A DNA stretch of 39,887 nt from Microthyrium microscopicum (GCA_010405405.1 MU004232.1:2834507-2874393); one strand, 5' to 3'; positions 1 to 11,743 are shown, counted from the first letter of the stretch. The notes: generated by a model from the sequence alone, not told the origin. Program-made: numbers and translations.

Positions 1-748
1 GGTCAGCGTTGGTGGTGAAGTATTTTGGTCGAGCTCGAGGGTCGTAGCTTCCTGTAGTTACAATCTTGTCTATCTCTTCCTGAATCTTCTTGACCTGCAG
101 TTGGGAAGAAGTGTTGATTCCCGAGGGAGCTCTGGAGTATTCGGTCATGTGGTACAAAGCTCTCTCATACATGTCTCTTGTGGGAGCTTTACCTTGCTGA
201 TTGGTGTGAGTGACGATGTAGATGCACGGGTATTTCGTCCAAGGCTCATCTGAATTGCCTGCCGTGGATTTATTGCCTGCAGAAGGCTTTCGGCCTGTAA
301 CTTTGACGGGTGGCATTGGCGGCATTAAGAGGGGAGGTAGTTGGGCTAAATCTGCCGGGGATGCAAATGGATCACAGAGGATGAGATTTTGTATCAATCC
401 GTGCGGCATAGAGAGAAGGATCTCGTTTATCTGGTGAACTATGTGTCGCCGTGAGGATGGCGATTGAGCTGCTGCCAAGAAGGGAGTTTGCATTGCGGTG
501 GCCACATCGTTTGATCTAGCTGGAGGAGAAGCTCGATCAATGCTGCATTGCCTATAGTGAAGAGACCGGTCGTCAGCCTCGAGTCGACAACACACACGGT
601 GGGTCTTGAAGCATCTGATCATTATCATAGCTTGCGATGGATGCTTACCGCCTGTCTGGAATGCGTCATACATGGCCTCCTGCTCCGGGCAAAAAAAGCG
701 AGGAGCTGTCGTAGCGTGGGCCAAGGGCGCTGCTGCTGCGGGAGCCAT
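1..748 (-). CDS. Hypothetical protein, 5' part (continues past window start); possible intron within 520/552-648
   Basis: The minus frame is stop-free from ~1001 to base 1; first ATG at 748 (MAPAAAAPLAHATTAPRFFCPEQEAMYDAFQTG...MQTPFLAAAQSPSSRRHIVHQINEILLSMPHGLIQNLILCDPF...PWTKYPCIYIVTHTNQQGKAPTRDMYERALYHMTEY...). GTAAG donor at 648, GCTGAC branch-like site at 577-572. The CAG acceptor at 520 keeps frame; the TAG acceptor at 552 does not. It is missing from the ORF track because its stop lies outside the window. Confidence 0.7.
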   Translation of the reverse strand, partial: MAPAAAAPLAHATTAPRFFCPEQEAMYDAFQTGGKHPSQAMIMIRCFKTHRVCCRLEADDRSLHYRQCSIDRASPPARSNDVATAMQTPFLAAAQSPSSRRHIVHQINEILLSMPHGLIQNLILCDPFASPADLAQLPPLLMPPMPPVKVTGRKPSAGNKSTAGNSDEPWTKYPCIYIVTHTNQQGKAPTRDMYERALYHMTEYSRAPSGINTSSQLQVKKIQEEIDKIVTTGSYDPRARPKYFTTNAD

Positions 749-3700
749 AGTTGCTGCTGGTGATGCTGGCTGCGCTGGATTCAAATGATTGATGGTGTTC
801 GTAGGTGTGTGTGATAAGGATGAAGAAGATGCGGTGGCCTCGGGATTGAAAAATTTCAATTCATAGTTCTGCTCGTCGTGATTACTGCCTAGCGCGCCTT
901 CCCAGATACGTCCAGAGTCCTGCCTGTACTCGCACGTCGTGATGGCTGGTTGGTGTGCCTTCCCAGATAGGCAGCGACAGCCAACCGGTGGACAAAATAC
1001 TCATACGAGGGTCCTAGGGACTTGGACACCGCGATCTTGCAGTAGTAGAATGGTGTGTTAGAGTGTGTGTGTGCAAATAAAAGAGCTAACGCTACACTAT
1101 GCTTATTAAGATATATAAAATATATTATAGCCGCGTAAGATCTAGAAACTTTATAGTAAATAGATAATCTACGTAATAAGAATATATTAATATATAGAGT
1201 AGCTTCTATATACGTATTATATATACTACTATACGTATCTACCCTATTTATTTATAAATAACGTACCTATATATAAAAATATTACTACGTAATACTTCTA
1301 TATTTTAATAGTAGAAATTTAGTAAAAATTTTAAATTCTATATATAGTTCTCTATATAAATAGAGTTATAATTATAAATTAGAGTTTAGTACGTATAAAT
1401 ATATAAATACTAAGCTTAGCTATACTTAGTTAGAATTAATAAATAAGCTTATATAGATACTATTATTAGATTAAAATTAAATTACTCTAACTATAATAAG
1501 ATTTAAGTTATACTCTTTTAGTTTATATTAATCTACTATTTATACTACTTTATACTCTTACTTATTACTCTTATTTGTTAGCTACTTACCTAAAATACTA
1601 CTTAATAAAACTTAAGCTTTTAATCTACTTATAATAACTATACTTTTAATTAACTTACTATAGTCTTTTCTTTTTCTAGGAGAAAGAATTTTATATCTAT
1701 AATACTAAGTCTTTTAGAATAATAAGTTATATCTTTTTAGACTAGAATAATATACTATAAATATACTCTAACTACTAGTAAGCTAAGGATAATACTAAAT
1801 TACTTAGAGTTAAATATATATAAAGGAAGCTATATTAACTTATTAAGGCTAAGTATACCTTTAGAGCTAATCTTAGTAATAATAAAAGTCTAAGTCTTAT
1901 CTAAAATAGTATATATAAAGATATACTCTATATAAGTAAGAGAAAGCTTAACTTTTTTAGAAAGCTTAATTTAAATTTAGTTTTTATAGTCTATAGTTAT
2001 ATATTTTATAGTAGCTTTTTATATTATTAGATAATATAAACTATAAATAATATTACTTACTTATTATTAAAGCTTAAAATATTAAACTAGGAAAATAGAG
2101 TACCTCTATATATAGTAACTTTCTTTTTATAGTTATTTTAGTAAATAGTAATAATCTTTTTTTAGAACTTACTATTTATTTTATTACTATATAATAGAAG
2201 ATTAAAGTTAGTTTTATAAGCCTTACTATTTAGATAGTAGGAGACTTTATATTAGAGGTAATAGTTAGTAGAATTAACTTCTAGTCTTAGAATAGCTTTA
2301 TTAGTAATTTAATTAGAGTAAGGTAGTAGATATTTAAATAATTTAGAAACGTTTTAGTAAAGCTTTTAGATCTTTCTAGTTACCTTAGAGAAGTTAGATT
2401 TAAACCTACTTTATAGAATTAATTAAAGCGTAAGATATAGAGTATTATACTATAAAAGATTATATTTTAAATTATTAAAGTTAGTCTTAAGAATCTAGAC
2501 TTTATATTCCTTATACTTATTCTTACTAATAAGTATATTAGTATTAATTATAAGAGATAGCTCTATAAATAAAGTAAAGTAATAAAGTATAAAATAAATA
2601 TTTAAGTAGTTTTTAATTTTATAATAAGCCTTAGCCTAAGAAGTTATTAATATATATAATTATTTTATTAGAGTAGTAGTAAAAGCTATATTAGCTACTT
2701 TAATACTAGAAAGTATTTCTTCTTCTTTATTTTTAATAGTAATAGGAATAGCTTAAGACTTACTACTATAGTAAGTAGACTTAGTACTATAAGTTTTCTA
2801 AGTAGTTTTCTTCTTAGATATTACTTTATTTTTACTCTTACGTTTACCTTTACTAGGCTTAGGAGTTACAAGTTAGGAGTAGGAGTTCTTTTTAGCTATA
2901 ATAGTAGCTATCTCTAGAAGATATTAGAATAATTAATAAGTATAAATAATATTAACGTAGAATATTTCTTAATCTTTCTTTAGTATAGACTAGCCTATAA
3001 GATAATAGTTATTATAGGCTAGTACTACTAGAATAAAGTAAATTAATTTAACTAGAAATTTACCTTTAGTAGTAGTTATTTTATATTATATTTTAAGAAC
3101 TATATTAGTAAAGTAGGACGTAATAAATAAAAGCTAAAGCTAAGTCTAAAATAAAATTAAAGTAATAATAGATTAGTAAGTATACTCTAATAGAGTATAA
3201 CTATTAAAGTAATAAAGTAGTAACTATATATACTAAAAGCTAAAAGGAAAAGAGAATAGTTAAAAAGTCTTTATATAATTACTTTTTACGTTATTAGTAA
3301 ATAGGACTTCTAGAATAGTCTTATAAATTAAATAAGTTATATCTTTAAACTTAGAATAAGTTAAATCTACTAGACAACTAAAAATAAGGTTTAAGGCTAG
3401 CATAATCTATTATATACTTAATAGCTTAAGCTTAATATTAGTATCTTAAGAGAAAGTTTTTTTTATAATAGTAGTAGTTAGAAAGTTTATATAAGCTTAT
3501 ACTTAAATAATTTCTTAGTAGTAGTTATTATTCTTTATAATATTAAGGTTTATATTATAATAATTATCTTAATTAACTTTATAGAAGTAATAACTATAAT
3601 AGGTAATAGAATAGTTTATTCTTAAGTTCTTTTATTACTATAAGTAGTTACTAATAAAAGTTATAGTAAATATATTATAAAAAAATTATTATTAATTTAA

Positions 3701-4248
3701 GCTATCTAATAGCACTAATAATAGCTATAACTATTATACGTAGTAAGTCATCTAAGGAGTTAGAAATAACTTTAAAATAACTATAATAACCTATAATAAC
3801 CTAAAGATTAATAAATTAGATAAAAGGATTTTACTAAAGTTCTTAAGTCTAATAACTAATTAACTAATCTAGCTATGCGCCTAGAAGATCTTACTATAGG
3901 CTAAAATATAGGGTTTAGTACCTTTAGTTTAATCTAGAAATAAAAAGGTTAAAAAACTATAGAGTTAGTAAGAATTCTAGAAATAAATAAAAAAAGGAAC
4001 ATTAAAGTCTAAAAACCGTTTTTAGGCTGCAACTAGTAACGGCTTAATAATAAATTCTAATTTAAATTATAACTTACTTATCTCAATAAGGGCTATCTAA
4101 TAGTATACTTTTTATAATTATAGTATTTATATTTAAAAAGTTATTAATAGAAATTAAAGAATAAAAAATATATTTATCTTTAAATAATTATAACTTAATC
4201 AACTTTTAAAATATAAAAATATATATAAATCTCTTTATTATCCGGTTC

Positions 4249-4274
4249 GTTTAGACTCCGTAAGGAGTCTAAAC
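4249..4274. other. Perfect 11-bp stem / 4-nt loop hairpin near the 3' end of the ORF1-only element
   Basis: GTTTAGACTCC-GTAA-GGAGTCTAAAC. Confidence 0.85.
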
Positions 4275-4439
4275 ACGCTACTCTAATAAGCGTATATAGA
4301 CTATACTAACTATTTATAGTAGAAACCCTTAGGGAAATAAAACTATACTATTTACTCTAGTAGGGCGCCATAGACGCTCTAACGTCTATTTATCTATTAT
4401 AGACTATTAACCTTATAGCCGTTAATAGGCCATTCTATA

Positions 4440-5998
4440 AAACGTTTCTACTTTATTTAATCTCCTTCTTATTTATCTAACTTTATTTAAACCTTTTCAT
4501 CTACTTTCTTAAACTCTACTAAGTTCGCTAGAGCTACTTTAGTAGCCTTATAGATACTTACTAAGATAGCTACAGCAATCTTTCCTCCTAACGTAGCTAT
4601 AAGCATAGCTATGCCTAAAGGTCTTAGATAAGTAAATATAAAGCTAAGAGATTACTATCCTAAAGTAAATCCTACTATAGCTAAGGCTAGAAGCCTTCTA
4701 GAGCCTTTTATAGAGCTAGCTTTTAGTATAGTAATAAGTATATATTTATTCTTTAGTAGTAAGTTTATATTACTATAATCTTATTAAGCTATACTATTTT
4801 ATAAGTTAATAGTACGTTTAAATAAAGTTGCCTAGAGAGCATTTGCTACTAAAGTAATACTCTTATAAATACTATAAGATTTATCTTAATAGTTATATTT
4901 ATAATTATAATTTAAGTACTATTTACTTTTGTCTTTTATTTTATAGTTCTATATATTGTACTTACTTATATAGTATCTATAGTAAGCTTTTACTAAATAG
5001 GAAGACTATATATATTTCTAAATACTATACTAGTAGTAATAGGTGCTTACTAGTATTATAGCCTAGAGTTTATAACTATACTATACGCTTTTAATTATTA
5101 GTCTTTAAGCTATAGTAGTCTTCTAGAGATTCTTCGTAGAAAGATATATAATAAAGAATAATTTCTTCTTCTTTAAGATTAATGTTTTATTACTATAAAT
5201 TTAGCTTACTCTAGTAATAGCGAAAAAGTACTAGTTATCCTTATTTAGGGCCTTAATAAACCCTAAGTTATAATTATCTACTTTCTTATTATAATAAACT
5301 CTATTACTAATACTTTTTAAGGATATACTAGCTACTTTAATAGAATAATCCTACTAAAGTATTTACGTACCTTTAATAGTTAAGTACTAGGCTTAATCCT
5401 TCTATTTAGTATTTTTAAAGATAACTTAAAGATTACTACTCTATAGAGGGCGTATACTTATAGTACTTATAAATATCTTTTTAAGTTCCTTAAAGACTTC
5501 TAAAGAGGTCTCTATATATTATTCTACCTTAGGTTATAGAATAATAAAATAACCTTTTAGTTTACTTATATATAGTTTAGTATAGGAAGTAATTACTATT
5601 TAGGAATATAGCTTTAAAGCTAGTATAATAAGATAACGTTAAATCGCTACTTTAATCTTATTAAGCTAATTAAGAATAGTTTTAAGGAAGGTAGGTTTAG
5701 GAATAGGGTGTTTAGCTACTAGAGGCTCTTTCTCTTAATAAAGGACGTAGTCCTTTAGCTTAATAAGCTCCTCTATAGTATTATAAAGAACTTATTTTAA
5801 AATAATTATTTCTAATCCTTTTTATATACCTTTTTATATTCTAAATAGGGACATTCCTACTACGTTAACTATACTAAGTAGTTCTAAAAGGCTATTATTA
5901 AGTAAGCTTTCATAGCTCTTAAAATTAGAGTCTCGTTCTTTTATATTTTAGTTATTTAGTTTAGCTATTCTTCTAGCTATAATAATACTATAGTACAT
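4440..5998 (-). pseudogene. LINE ORF1 (gag-like) relic with three zinc knuckles
   Basis: One continuous de-RIP frame with VRPL.SGDL.V.F and L..DY.IEVAG.P motifs, then CX2CX4HX4C, CX2CX3HX4C and CX2CX3HX6C at 5038-4874 (Cys/His codons read TAT/TAC). This layout is typical of fungal Tad1-clade ORF1. Confidence 0.8.
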
Positions 5999-7550
5999 AT
6001 AGGCATCTAGCTAAAAATTTATAAAAGTAATCCCTAAGCGTTAGTAAAGAGATTCTAATAGTTTATTTAAATTAAATTAATAAAGTAGTACGAATTAAGC
6101 CGTATAGGAGCTAAAGAAGGTCTAAAACTAAGATATAAAAATAATAAAAATATATCTAGATAGAGCTTAATAAGCTCTAAATAGTAATATAAAAAATATA
6201 CCTTAAAGTTGCCTATTTAGGTTACGATATCTCTAATAACTATAATAGATTTTAAATAACTATAATAGATTTTAAATAACTATAATAGATTTTTAATATA
6301 TTTAAAATAACTACGATAAGTTTAAAATAACTAGAATAACTAGAATTATTTAGTACTTTATCTAATATATATTTAATACGTATCTAATATCTTTAAAATA
6401 ACTAAAATAACTATTTTACTATTAGATACGTAGTCTAATTTATAATATATAATAATTTTTTTATAATATATATATAGAGTAACTATTTATTTATTAATCT
6501 TAACTTTAATATTACTATCTAAGTTAAATAAACTATAGAGAGCTCCTATAACTTCTTAAAAGTTATTATTATAAGAACCTAACGTAATTAGTAAGTAATT
6601 AGTATAATAAGCTCTCTCTTATTTATTAAAGTATATAAGGATTATATATATACCTATAAGAGAGTAATATATATTATAATAGAGGCTAAAGCTATTAATA
6701 AATATAAGTAGAAAGACTAAAATAACTTTATACTCTTATATAGAGTTTTTATAATAAGAAGAAAAAAAATAAAATTATTTAATTAAACTAGCTTAAGTAA
6801 ACTTATAAATCTTTATCTTACTATAAATTAAATAAGCTTTAAAAGTAGAATAATCTTACTTTATACTAACTAAGTAGATATAATAATATTTAATATTACT
6901 AGATATAATATATAAGTACTTAAACTTATTACTTAGATATTCTATTCTAAAGTAGTTATTAATTCCTAGATTAGAATAATAGATAATAGACTAAGGTTAA
7001 ATAAAGATATAGTTAGTAATATCTTTAACTAAGAATAACTTAGTATCTAAAAACTTAAGAGTTAATATTTCCTAAGGAATATTTAAAGTATTAGTATATT
7101 TAACTTATTAAATATAAAGTATAACGTCTCTTTTTATAATGCTAGCTTTATAGTTATTATCTTTATAGAAATCTTTTTTAATAGTAATAACTTAACTATA
7201 GTACTTATACTTTTTTAAATTACTAATATTAATAGTATAATTATAATTATATATCTTAACGCTACTATAGTTATAGTAATAGTAGATAAAATCTAAAGGT
7301 AGAATTAGGTTTATAAAGTTATTAGAGTAATAAATAAAGTTTCTTAAAGTTATATAAACTAAAGAAAGCTAAGTATTTAATTTCTAAAGTTCTTAAAGTT
7401 AGTTAATAAAATAACTAAATCTAATATATATCTTTTTATACTCTTTTAGACTTAAGATAAATTACTTAAAGAGTTTAATTAGATTAAAAAAATAAAGCTT
7501 TTCTAAAGTTTTATCTATTTAAAACTTCTTCTTCTTATCTTTCTCTTTTA

Positions 7551-8423
7551 TATTATAAAAAAATTATTATATATTGTAAATTAGACTACGTATCTAATAG
7601 TAAAACAGTTATTTTAGTTATTTTAAAGATATTAGATACGTATTAAATATACATTAAATAAAGTACTAAATAATTCTAGTTATTCTAGTTATTTTAAACT
7701 TATTATAGTTATTTTAAATATATTAAAAATCTATTATAATTATTTAAAATCTATCGTAGTTATTTAAAATCTATCGTAGTTATTAGAGACATTGTAACCT
7801 AAATAGGTAACTTTAAGGTATAATTTTTAAGTTCCTATTTAGAGCTCGTTAAGCTCTATCTAAATATATTTTTATTATTTTTATATCTTAAAAGTTAATT
7901 AAGTTATAATTGTTTAAAGATAAATACATTTTTTATTCTTTAATTTCTATTAATAACTTTTTAAATATAATTGCTATAATTATAAAAAGTATACTATTAG
8001 ATAGCCCTCATTTAGATAAGTAAGTTATGATCTAAATTAGAATTTATTATTAAGCCGTTACTAGTTGCAGCCTAAAAACGGTTTTTAGACTTTAATGTTC
8101 CTTTTTTTATTTATTTCTAGAATCCTTACTAACTCTATAGTTTTTCAACCTTTTTATTTCTAGATTAAACTAAAGGTACTAAACCCTATATTTTAGCCTA
8201 TAGCAAGATCTTTAGGCGTATAGCTAGATTAGTTAATTAGTTATTAGACTTAAGGACTTTAGTAAAATCCTTTTATCTAATTTATTAATCTTTAGGTTAT
8301 TATAGGTTATCGCAGTTATTTTAAAGTTATTTCTAACTCCTTAGATAACCTACTACGTATAATAGTTATAGCTATTATTAGTGCTATTAAATAGCTTAAA
8401 TTAATAATAATTTTTTTACAATA
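7551..8423 (-). mobile_element. Non-autonomous TIR element copy 2 (873 bp, uninterrupted, inverted relative to copy 1)
   Basis: Same termini (right end TTTTTTTACAATA keeps an un-RIPed base), TA TSD at 7549-7550 and 8424-8425. The transposase frame rejoins across it (GCC TCT ATA AAA GAG). Confidence 0.9.
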
Positions 8424-8491
8424 TATAGAGGCTTACTTATATAGATTTAAAGCAACTTTAGTTTAGTAAAGTTTAAAAAGTAGCAAAGAAG

Positions 8492-9553
8492 CTATTTAAA
8501 AAGTTAGATTAAGTTAATAAAAGAAAGTAAAAGAAATAAAGTAGTAATAATACTAGTTTAGTAGTAGTTTTAAAGCTATCTAAAGTAAACTAGGAGCTAT
8601 ATAGTTATTTAAAGGTAATTTAAAGTAATCTAAAGTAAATAAAAGGTAGTATAGTTAATTAAAAGTACTTTAAGACAAGCTATAGTAAAAAGTAGGAAAT
8701 AATATAAGAAGGAAGCAGAGATTAGTAAGCTATAGTAAAAGGTAAAAAATAATATAAAAAAGGAGTAGAAATTAATAAGCTATAGTAAAAGATAAAGAAT
8801 AATATAAAAGAGGAGTAGAGATTAATAAGCTATAATAAAAGATAGAGAATAGTATAAAAGAAGAATAAAGATTAGTAAGCTATAGTAAAAGATAGAAAAT
8901 AATATAAGAGAAGAGTAGAAATTAGTAAGCTATAAAATATAAGAAGTAGTATAGTATAAGAGAGAATAGAAATTAGTAAGCTATAAAATATAAAAGGTAG
9001 TATAGTATAAAAAAGAATAGAGATTAGTAAGCTATAGAAAGAATAAGAGATTAATATAAGAAAGAAAGTAAAGATTAGTAAGCTATAGAATATATAAGGA
9101 ATTAATATAAGAAAGAGAGTAGAGATTAGTATACTATAAAATATAGAAAGTAGTATTATAAAAGAAAGAATAAAAATTAGTATACTATAGTAATTTAAAG
9201 TTAGTAGTATAAAAGAGAAAGTAAAAATTAGTATATTATAGTAATTTAAGGTTAGTAGTATAAAAGAGGAAATAGAAATTAGTATATTATAGTAATTTAA
9301 AGTTAGTAGTATAAGAGAGAAAGTAGAGATTAATATACTATAGTAATTTAAGATTAGTAGTATAAAGAAGGAGTAGAAATTAGAGTAATATAAGAGAGTA
9401 AGATATAGAAAAGTAATTAGAAGTTAAAAGTTAAAGAGATATAAGATAGTAAGTTATAGGGTAGTAATTAATATAAGAATATATAAAGTAAATAGAAGGA
9501 TAAAAATAATTTAAGTAATAAAGTAAGCTAGAAAAGAATAATATATAAAATAC
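8492..9553 (-). other. Probable ~1062-nt intron of the transposase gene
   Basis: Donor GTATTT at 9553, branch CTAAC and acceptor TAG at 8492. Splicing joins ...LPNS..DLKKNF(K/E) to TSLPLLKLR... in frame. Confidence 0.65.
8677..9385. repeat. Minisatellite, ~14 units of 50-51 bp
   Basis: The anchor ATTAGTA/ATTAATA recurs at 8721, 8771, 8821, 8871, 8921, 8972, 9023, 9074, 9125, 9176, 9227, 9278, 9329 and 9379. Unit sequence drifts along the array. Confidence 0.9.
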
Positions 9554-10235
9554 TTTTAAAGTTCTTTTTTAAATTATTAATTAAATTAGGAAAAGAGGAA
9601 AGTTATAGAGCATTAGAAATAAGCTTAAATAAGTTATAGAGACCTTTATAGCTATCTTAAGTAATATTAGCTTGTTAATACTAATAGATAAATCTAAATT
9701 AAAAAAAATCTATTTCTAAGTTTAAGTAATAAAGAGATAGAAGAGTAATAAATTAATTTAGTTTTAATATTTAAGAAGCATAATTTAAATACTAACTAGA
9801 AGCTATAACTAGAGAGGCGTCTAGTAATTTATCTAAAGCTAGGAGTTTAGAACTATCTAGGAAAATAAAAGGAATACTATTTATAATAGTAGTAATATCT
9901 TTTATTATAAGTTTAGCTTACTCTTAATAGTTAGTAAGCTTATAAAGCTCTATAAGTTTAGCTATAGTTAATCTAAGCTCTTTTATATTATTAGGCTAAT
10001 TAATTACTATATCTTCTTTATTATTATTAATTACTTAGTATTTAGAAAAGTAAATAAGTAGATTATTCTTATTAATATTACTCTATAAATAGTTAGTAAA
10101 GAAAATATAAAAAGAATATATAAATACTATTAAAAATAAATAGTATAATATATTAATAATAAACTATAGTTATAAATCTAGTTTAATAGTCTATAATTTT
10201 ATTATTACTTAAAGTATTACTAATACTAGTATATT

Positions 10236-10397
10236 TATTATAAGTTAGATAATAAAGAGATAAGTTATATTATAAGTCTACTAAATAGGAAGGTAACTTA
10301 GAGAGAAAGAAGAGTTAAGAGACTCTTTAATTAAGGTATTTATATATAATAAGAGTAGTCTAAATAAGTATAACTTTAGGGGGTTTAACTCTTAATA
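10236..10397 (-). repeat. Gypsy 3' LTR
   Basis: Colinear with 21942-22103, mostly transition differences. A purine tract (AAGAGAGTAA on minus) lies next to it internally. Confidence 0.93.
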
Positions 10398-11743
10398 TTA
10401 CTCTTCTTATCTAAAAAATTCTAGCTAAAATATAAAGTTAATTATAAGATTCTAATTTTATCTAGCTATATCTAATGCTTATTATTTTTATAGTTTATAA
10501 TAGAGCTTTTATTTATAATGTATAAATTTATATATTTACTTTTAAGTATAAAATATAAAGCTTAGGTTATTAACTATTAGTTCTATACTAGTATTTTACT
10601 TATTTTAGACTAAATTCTAGGTATAAGGCTCCTTTCTTAGCGTATAATATTAGTTCTTTTTACTTATAATTCTATAAAGGTTACTTAATTAGTAGATTAT
10701 CTTATTTATACTTAGTTAGAGCTCTATTATAATATTAAGAGATAAGATTAAAAGAATATAATTATAATTAAGTTATTATACTTCTACTTATATATTTAGA
10801 AGATATAAAGCAATATCGTTCTATAGGGTTAACTATTCTTTTTTTATTATACTTTAAATAAGCTTCTTCTCTTTTAATTAGTCCTTATTAAGTTTCTTCT
10901 TCCTTGTCTAATTAATTAATTAATTAATCTATTAATTAATTAATTAATTAGGTAAGTTGTTTATTATAATAGCTATAGCCTTACTAACTATATAGAGATA
11001 GCTACCCTAATTATTAATGCTTTTAACTATATTATTAGCTTTAATAGTTATATCCTTATTATTATTACCTTTACTTATATATTTATTATTAACTATAATA
11101 CTTTTCTATCTTATTTATTTACTACGTATAAGGTAGCTATACGTAAGGCTTATTAGAATAATATAAATAAAAGCCTTTACCTTCTTAACTAAGTTTTACT
11201 TTATTACTAGAATAATATTATTTATAATCTTTATTTCTATCTATTAACTATTCTTTAATATAAAAAGATATACGTAGTTATTAACTATTATAATTTATAA
11301 AACTATACTTTATTTAAGGTACTTTATATTAACTAGACTATATATACTTTTTTAGCCTTTCTTAATTTATACTAACGTATTTATAGAGTAAGGCCCTTTA
11401 TATTATAGCTAACTATTTTTTTAACTTCTTTAATAACTATCTTAACTTATTAAACGCTTTTTCTAAGGAGTTTACTAATAATTTATAGTCTAGTATTTAT
11501 AGCATTATAATTTATTAGAGCTTTCTTAGTACGATTTAGTTAACTAGTAGCTAGGCTAGTTATCTTAAAGCTTTAAATATTTATTATATAAGTATTCTAT
11601 AATTCTCTACTAAAAATAAGCAAAATAAGACTTATAAAGAGTAGTATTATACTTATTATATTAGCTATTCTAATTTAAAGAATTAGCTATAATATATAGA
11701 TTATATTTAGCTTCTAGAATTTTATAATAATATATATTTAAAC

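Larger units (their letters stand above)
4222..6128 (-). mobile_element. ORF1-only non-LTR retroelement (non-autonomous, HAL1-like organisation; Tad1-type ORF1)
   Basis: Flanked by a 15-bp direct repeat TAA[A/G]ATATAAAAATA (4207-4221, 6129-6143) that is single-copy at the empty site (7876-7890). Encodes a gag-like relic and no endonuclease or RT. The 3' end has a hairpin, AATAAA and a short (TA)n tail. Confidence 0.8.
3673..6468 (+). mobile_element. Non-autonomous TIR element (MITE-like, ~874 bp), copy 1, carrying a 1.9-kb nested insertion
   Basis: Termini TATTATAAAAAAATTATTA / TAATAATTTTTTTATAATA with TA TSD (3671-3672, 6469-6470). Arms 3673-4221 and 6129-6468 are the reverse complement of 7551-8423. 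A ~20-bp subterminal repeat (AATAACTATAATAGATTTTA) occurs three times at ~6235-6295. Confidence 0.9.
1550..10082 (-). pseudogene. RIP-inactivated DDE transposase of CMC/Plavaka-like type, interrupted by insertions (ends approximate)
   Basis: De-RIP reading in one frame: KMHIGFGHFVD.P.ELW.S..WLSSVR.TSG (~7340-7430); FIDGFGLYRNMYRSLMG (D codon 6694-6696); TLGPHG.NF; FIGD.PQQ..NSG (D 3647-3649); GCRFC (3581-3595); D..HSE (3350-3367); FPFP.GF.RIQSP..H..SY.LSEHARW; RPNIH..LHY (2579-2608); GEDKH (2513-2527). The frame rejoins exactly when each TIR element plus one TA is removed. Confidence 0.8.
1095..10235 (-). mobile_element. CMC (CACTA/EnSpm-Plavaka-like) DNA transposon relic; left terminus CACTA at 1095, minimum extent shown, right end not found
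   Basis: CACTATGCTT starts exactly at the GC/AT boundary (1095), preceded by TA, and a CMC-type transposase relic follows on the minus strand. Host sequence resumes at 22109 after the Gypsy TSD. Confidence 0.7.

Noticed and set aside
222..788. Three short plus-strand ORFs in the supplied track
   Set aside because: They are antisense shadows of the ~1-kb open minus-strand frame; two start at TTG and none has recognisable features.
4222..4274. Helitron 3' hairpin
   Set aside because: The insert has a 15-bp TSD and a gag-like ORF1. Helitrons make no TSD, and no CTRR end or Rep/helicase motif was seen.
5640..5720. PIF/Harbinger transposase-like IPKP.FL..IL motif
   Set aside because: The same frame continues into LINE ORF1 motifs and three zinc knuckles, with no DDE core.
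3670..8426. One 4.75-kb element with 550-bp TIRs, or a composite transposon
   Set aside because: Better explained by two independent inverted MITE copies, each with its own TA TSD. The middle segment is in-frame host transposase.
8677..9385. CRISPR-like or coding repeat array (also 25690-26170)
   Set aside because: Eukaryotic RIP context, and whole units are homologous with no unique spacers. The 50-bp units of the first array break frame.
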